From contig CAIOGI010000007.1 of assembly GCA_903857825.1 (NCBI GenBank), positions 1-51,537 of the forward strand: a DNA stretch of 51,537 nt. The letters run 5' to 3'. Origin of the DNA: Candidatus Tayloriibacteriota bacterium. GTDB taxonomy: Bacteria > Patescibacteriota > Minisyncoccia > Phycocordibacterales > PALSA-1337. The notes beneath the pieces are model-generated. The model did not search any database. It had not been told where the DNA came from and saw only the letters and a list, made by a program, of their open reading frames with translations. Made by a program: the position numbers and the translations under genes. Of this stretch, positions 48,164 to 51,537 are shown in pieces; within the stretch, counting starts at the first letter, position 1; each line of letters opens with the position of its first letter.

Positions 48164-49444
48164 TTATAATCCCTTTCTACCTCTAATACTACTTATTATA
48201 ATCTCTACATACCTCACAAATAGTATCATTAATGTTGTCCAAAACAATCCAAATGAAACTCCAGCAAATACGTCTGATAGCCAATGAACTCCTAGATATA
48301 ATCTACTAAACGCAGTCAACAATACCAAAACGACGGACACTGCGATGAAAGTCTCTCTCCATACTATATTTTTAATATTTCTGGCAAAGAAATAGATAAT
48401 TAATGTAAAAAATATTGTAGCAGCCATAGCATGACCACTTGGGAAACTAAAATCAGTTTCGAGTATTAATGCATGTTCAGGTCTAGGACGAGCTACAATT
48501 TCTTTTATAAAGTATCCTATACCTAGCCCTCCAATAGATAGAAAAGAAATTATTGCATATTGAAACTTTTTATTATATATAAAATAAGTAATTAACAATA
48601 ATGTTGCGAGTATTAAAAAGGTCGGACTGAAAATATCTGTAAGTATCTTCATAAATGAAATTCCAAATGATGAGAGATTGGAGAAAAGAAATTCATTTAT
48701 CCACACATCAAGTTCTGCCATAAAAGCATGATCTTGTAATGTGTCTTGAATAGTTTTGAAAAAACCATATAAACCGAGTAAGTTGAAGAATAGTACAAAT
48801 AATTCATATTTTGCAAAAACATGAAATTTTTTATTCACAAAATTATAGCCCCAAACAATCAAGACCGCCACAATAATAGCAATTAGTATAAATTTTCCGA
48901 ATATACCCGCCACAGCATGATAACTAGCACCAAAAATATAACCAATACCAATAGATGTTACCGACCAAATAAATACTCCGATGAAATCATAAAACCAAAA
49001 TTTCTTAGCATGAACATGACTTGCTCCTATAATGAATGGAACTAAAGGTCTAGTAATAGGATTAAACCTACCAAATATAATAGACTTACCCGTGTGATTT
49101 CCTATAACAGTTCTCGCCTTCTCAATATATTCATCTTTAATAAAAAGTAGTTTTCCAAACTTCTTTAAAAAATCATAGCCATATTTTCTCCCCAAAAAAT
49201 ACCCTGTGTAGTCCCCAATCATTGCCATGATAATAACAAGAGGAATAACAATACCAATATTCAATATATGAAGTCTAGAAAGAAAACCTGACAGTATAAC
49301 CGCTGTATGGCCAGGTACAAGAGAGCCAATTGCTGGCACCCCTTCTAGAACGGTTATGAGTGAAAGTGCAAGATATCCACCGTGTTCAACAATGGTCTGC
49401 AGATTTGAGACTAGAGGAGCAAAAAAATGTGACATGAGTATCAT
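48164..49444 (-). CDS. bifunctional DedA/PAP2 family membrane protein
   Basis: DedA motifs LEG..GSLVPG and FGRF; PAP2 motifs KEIVARPRP, FPSGHA, SRLYLGVHWLSDV. Confidence 0.93.
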   Translation of the reverse strand: MILMSHFFAPLVSNLQTIVEHGGYLALSLITVLEGVPAIGSLVPGHTAVILSGFLSRLHILNIGIVIPLVIIMAMIGDYTGYFLGRKYGYDFLKKFGKLLFIKDEYIEKARTVIGNHTGKSIIFGRFNPITRPLVPFIIGASHVHAKKFWFYDFIGVFIWSVTSIGIGYIFGASYHAVAGIFGKFILIAIIVAVLIVWGYNFVNKKFHVFAKYELFVLFFNLLGLYGFFKTIQDTLQDHAFMAELDVWINEFLFSNLSSFGISFMKILTDIFSPTFLILATLLLITYFIYNKKFQYAIISFLSIGGLGIGYFIKEIVARPRPEHALILETDFSFPSGHAMAATIFFTLIIYFFARNIKNIVWRETFIAVSVVLVLLTAFSRLYLGVHWLSDVFAGVSFGLFWTTLMILFVRYVEIIISSIRGRKGL

Positions 49445-49494
49445 AGTATCACTTGTCTTGCATAAATTAAAGGCTTATGATAGATTAGACTCCA

Positions 49495-49725
49495 ATGAAC
49501 ACGATAACCTCCATACTTCCGTACATACAGATTGTACTAGCAGTGGTTTTAGTTACTGCTATATTACTACAAAAAACCGGCTCACAAGTTGGTGGAGCAT
49601 TTGGAGGTGGTGACAATTTCAGCTCAGCTTTTCACACAAGACGAGGATTTGAGAAAACACTTTTCACCATAACAATAACCATAGCTGTATTATTTGTTAT
49701 ATCTTCACTCATTACACTTATATAA
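49495..49725 (+). CDS. secG: preprotein translocase subunit SecG
   Basis: Two TM helices with ILLQ..G..VGGAFGG...TRRGFEK. Confidence 0.9.
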   Translation: MNTITSILPYIQIVLAVVLVTAILLQKTGSQVGGAFGGGDNFSSAFHTRRGFEKTLFTITITIAVLFVISSLITLI

Positions 49726-49764
49726 TTATATCTAATTTCGTAGCGTAAAGAATTTAAATAATTC

Positions 49765-51528
49765 TTGCGCCCCACTATTGTGAACGACATTCAATTACCC
49801 AAAAGAAAAAAGGAACTTCGTATTAAAGGAAGTGAAAAAATACTTTCAATAATAAACAAGTTTTCAGCAACAGAAAAAAGTATTTTTGCTTTTTTCACTA
49901 TATTACTAATAGTCAGTTCATTGATAATGGCAAACAGGACAAACAAATATTTTTTAATATCAGTACCCACACATGGAGGAATATTGAATGAGGGTATTGT
50001 AGGGCTTCCTAGATCAATCAATCCCGTACTAGCATTTACAGATGTAGATAGAGATATTTCTGAACTAGTATATTCTGGCCTTATGAAATACAAAAATGGT
50101 GAGCTGCTAACAGATATTGCAGAAAAATATTCAATATCTGATGATGGTCTTACATATACTTTTATACTCAAAAACAATGTGTATTTTCATGATGGAACAA
50201 AGCTAACATCCGATGACATAGAATTCACCGTACAGAAAATTCAAGATGGTATACTAAAGAGTCCAAGACGTGCAGATTGGGCAAATGTTACAATAAAAAA
50301 GATAAGTGCTACAGAAATACAGTTTATACTAAAACAACCATATTCCCCTTTCTTATCAAATACGACTATTGGTATTATCCCGAAACATATTTGGAAAAAT
50401 GTAGATGTAGATCAGTTTATATTTAGCCAATACAATATAGAGCCAATAGGGTCTGGACCATATAAAATTAACAGTATATCTAGGGACAAAGGAGGTATAC
50501 CTCAAAAGTACAATTTAGTTTCATTCAAAAGTTATTATGCGCATGAAGCATATTTGGACTCTTTAAATATATATTTCTTTTCAAATGAAAAATTGGCTAT
50601 AGAAGCCTACAATGGTGGCACAGTAGAAAGTCTGGCAGGAATTTCTCCAGAGGAAGCTAGAAAAATAGCTTCGAGCACAGATTCAACTAAAATTTTAACC
50701 TCCCCACTGCCTCGCATATTTGGAGTATTTTTTAATCAAAACAATGCTCCTGTTTTAGCAAACAAAGAAGTTAGACAAGCGCTAGAATTAACGCTAGATA
50801 AAAATAGATTTATAAATGAATTATTGTATGGATATGGAATTAGTATAAACAGTCCCATACCTTTTGGTGTAATAAATTCAAGTTCAACTGAAACTCATAG
50901 TAAGAATAAAGACAAAGCTCTTGAGATTTTAGCGAAAAGTGGTTGGTTACTAAATGCAGATGGTGTAATGGAAAAAAAGGAGAAGAAATCAACACAAATA
51001 CTTGAATTTTCAGTAACTACTGCTGATATGCCAGAACTGAAAAAGGCTGCTGAAATTGTGAAAAGTGAATGGGAAAGTATTGGAGCAAAAGTTACAATTA
51101 AAATATTTGAGTACGGAGATCTTTCACAAAACGTGATCAAAACAAGAAAGTATGATGCGCTATTATTTGGTGAATTTATCGGAAAAGATCTTGATTTGTA
51201 TGCTTTCTGGCATTCTTCTCAAAGAAATTCACCGGGATTAAATATATCAATGTACGTAAACAGCAAAACAGATAAAATATTGGAAGATGCGAGAGAGACA
51301 TCTGATGACAGAAAGAGAGAGGCTGCATATGTAAGTTTTGAGAAGATTATTAAAGATGATATACCAGCAATATTTCTGTATTCCCCACAATATATATATC
51401 TGATTCCAGATAGAATAAAAGGAATGAACTTTGGTCGCATTACTACACCCTCAGATAGATGGCATGATATAGAAGATTGGTATACAGAAACAGATAACGT
51501 ATGGAATATTTTTGAGAAAAATAAATAA
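49765..51528 (+). CDS. ABC transporter substrate-binding protein, family 5 (OppA/DppA-like)
   Basis: VYSGL, SDDGLTYTFILK..YFHDG..LTSDDI.FT, PIGSGPY; start codon uncertain. Confidence 0.92.
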   Translation: MRPTIVNDIQLPKRKKELRIKGSEKILSIINKFSATEKSIFAFFTILLIVSSLIMANRTNKYFLISVPTHGGILNEGIVGLPRSINPVLAFTDVDRDISELVYSGLMKYKNGELLTDIAEKYSISDDGLTYTFILKNNVYFHDGTKLTSDDIEFTVQKIQDGILKSPRRADWANVTIKKISATEIQFILKQPYSPFLSNTTIGIIPKHIWKNVDVDQFIFSQYNIEPIGSGPYKINSISRDKGGIPQKYNLVSFKSYYAHEAYLDSLNIYFFSNEKLAIEAYNGGTVESLAGISPEEARKIASSTDSTKILTSPLPRIFGVFFNQNNAPVLANKEVRQALELTLDKNRFINELLYGYGISINSPIPFGVINSSSTETHSKNKDKALEILAKSGWLLNADGVMEKKEKKSTQILEFSVTTADMPELKKAAEIVKSEWESIGAKVTIKIFEYGDLSQNVIKTRKYDALLFGEFIGKDLDLYAFWHSSQRNSPGLNISMYVNSKTDKILEDARETSDDRKREAAYVSFEKIIKDDIPAIFLYSPQYIYLIPDRIKGMNFGRITTPSDRWHDIEDWYTETDNVWNIFEKNK

Positions 51529-51537
51529 TTATATAAA

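Overview
AT-rich bacterial chromosome segment with the hallmarks of a Patescibacteria (CPR) genome, probably Parcubacteria/Paceibacteria (inferred from gene content). It uses the standard genetic code, has many extended -10 promoters (TGnTAnnnT) close to start codons, and shows few Shine-Dalgarno motifs. Core content: a type IV pilus operon (pilB, pilC, a pilin-LVIVD protein and two minor pilins), typA, pth, lepB, a degenerate HisRS-like gene, rpsU-like, ybeY, ftsA, ftsZ, a TrxB-family reductase, tsaD, prsW, hsp20, lepA, murJ, rnpB, class II RNR (nrdJ), lemA/TPM, groES-groEL, two tandem pilins, secA, murB, gpmA, dedA-PAP2, secG, an OppA-like protein and 7 tRNAs. The main unexplained structures are five. 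(1) A dispersed palindromic element in 3 copies with covarying stems and a nested 42-43 bp module found in both orientations; one copy lies in-frame in a pilin leader. (2) Three nuclease-domain genes (NYN, Schlafen/AlbA_2, a DUF3800 remnant), each faced by a convergent promoter-driven structured small RNA candidate. (3) A 50-bp operator-like element of four 11-bp repeats, present 3 times at fixed spacing to a -10 box. (4) GC-rich orphan promoter-ORF-terminator cassettes, one resembling Verrucomicrobia-type secreted proteins. (5) Several small ORFs missing from the supplied track and a 100-nt rod-like ncRNA candidate upstream of murB. All family assignments are from motif recognition only; no database searches were run.
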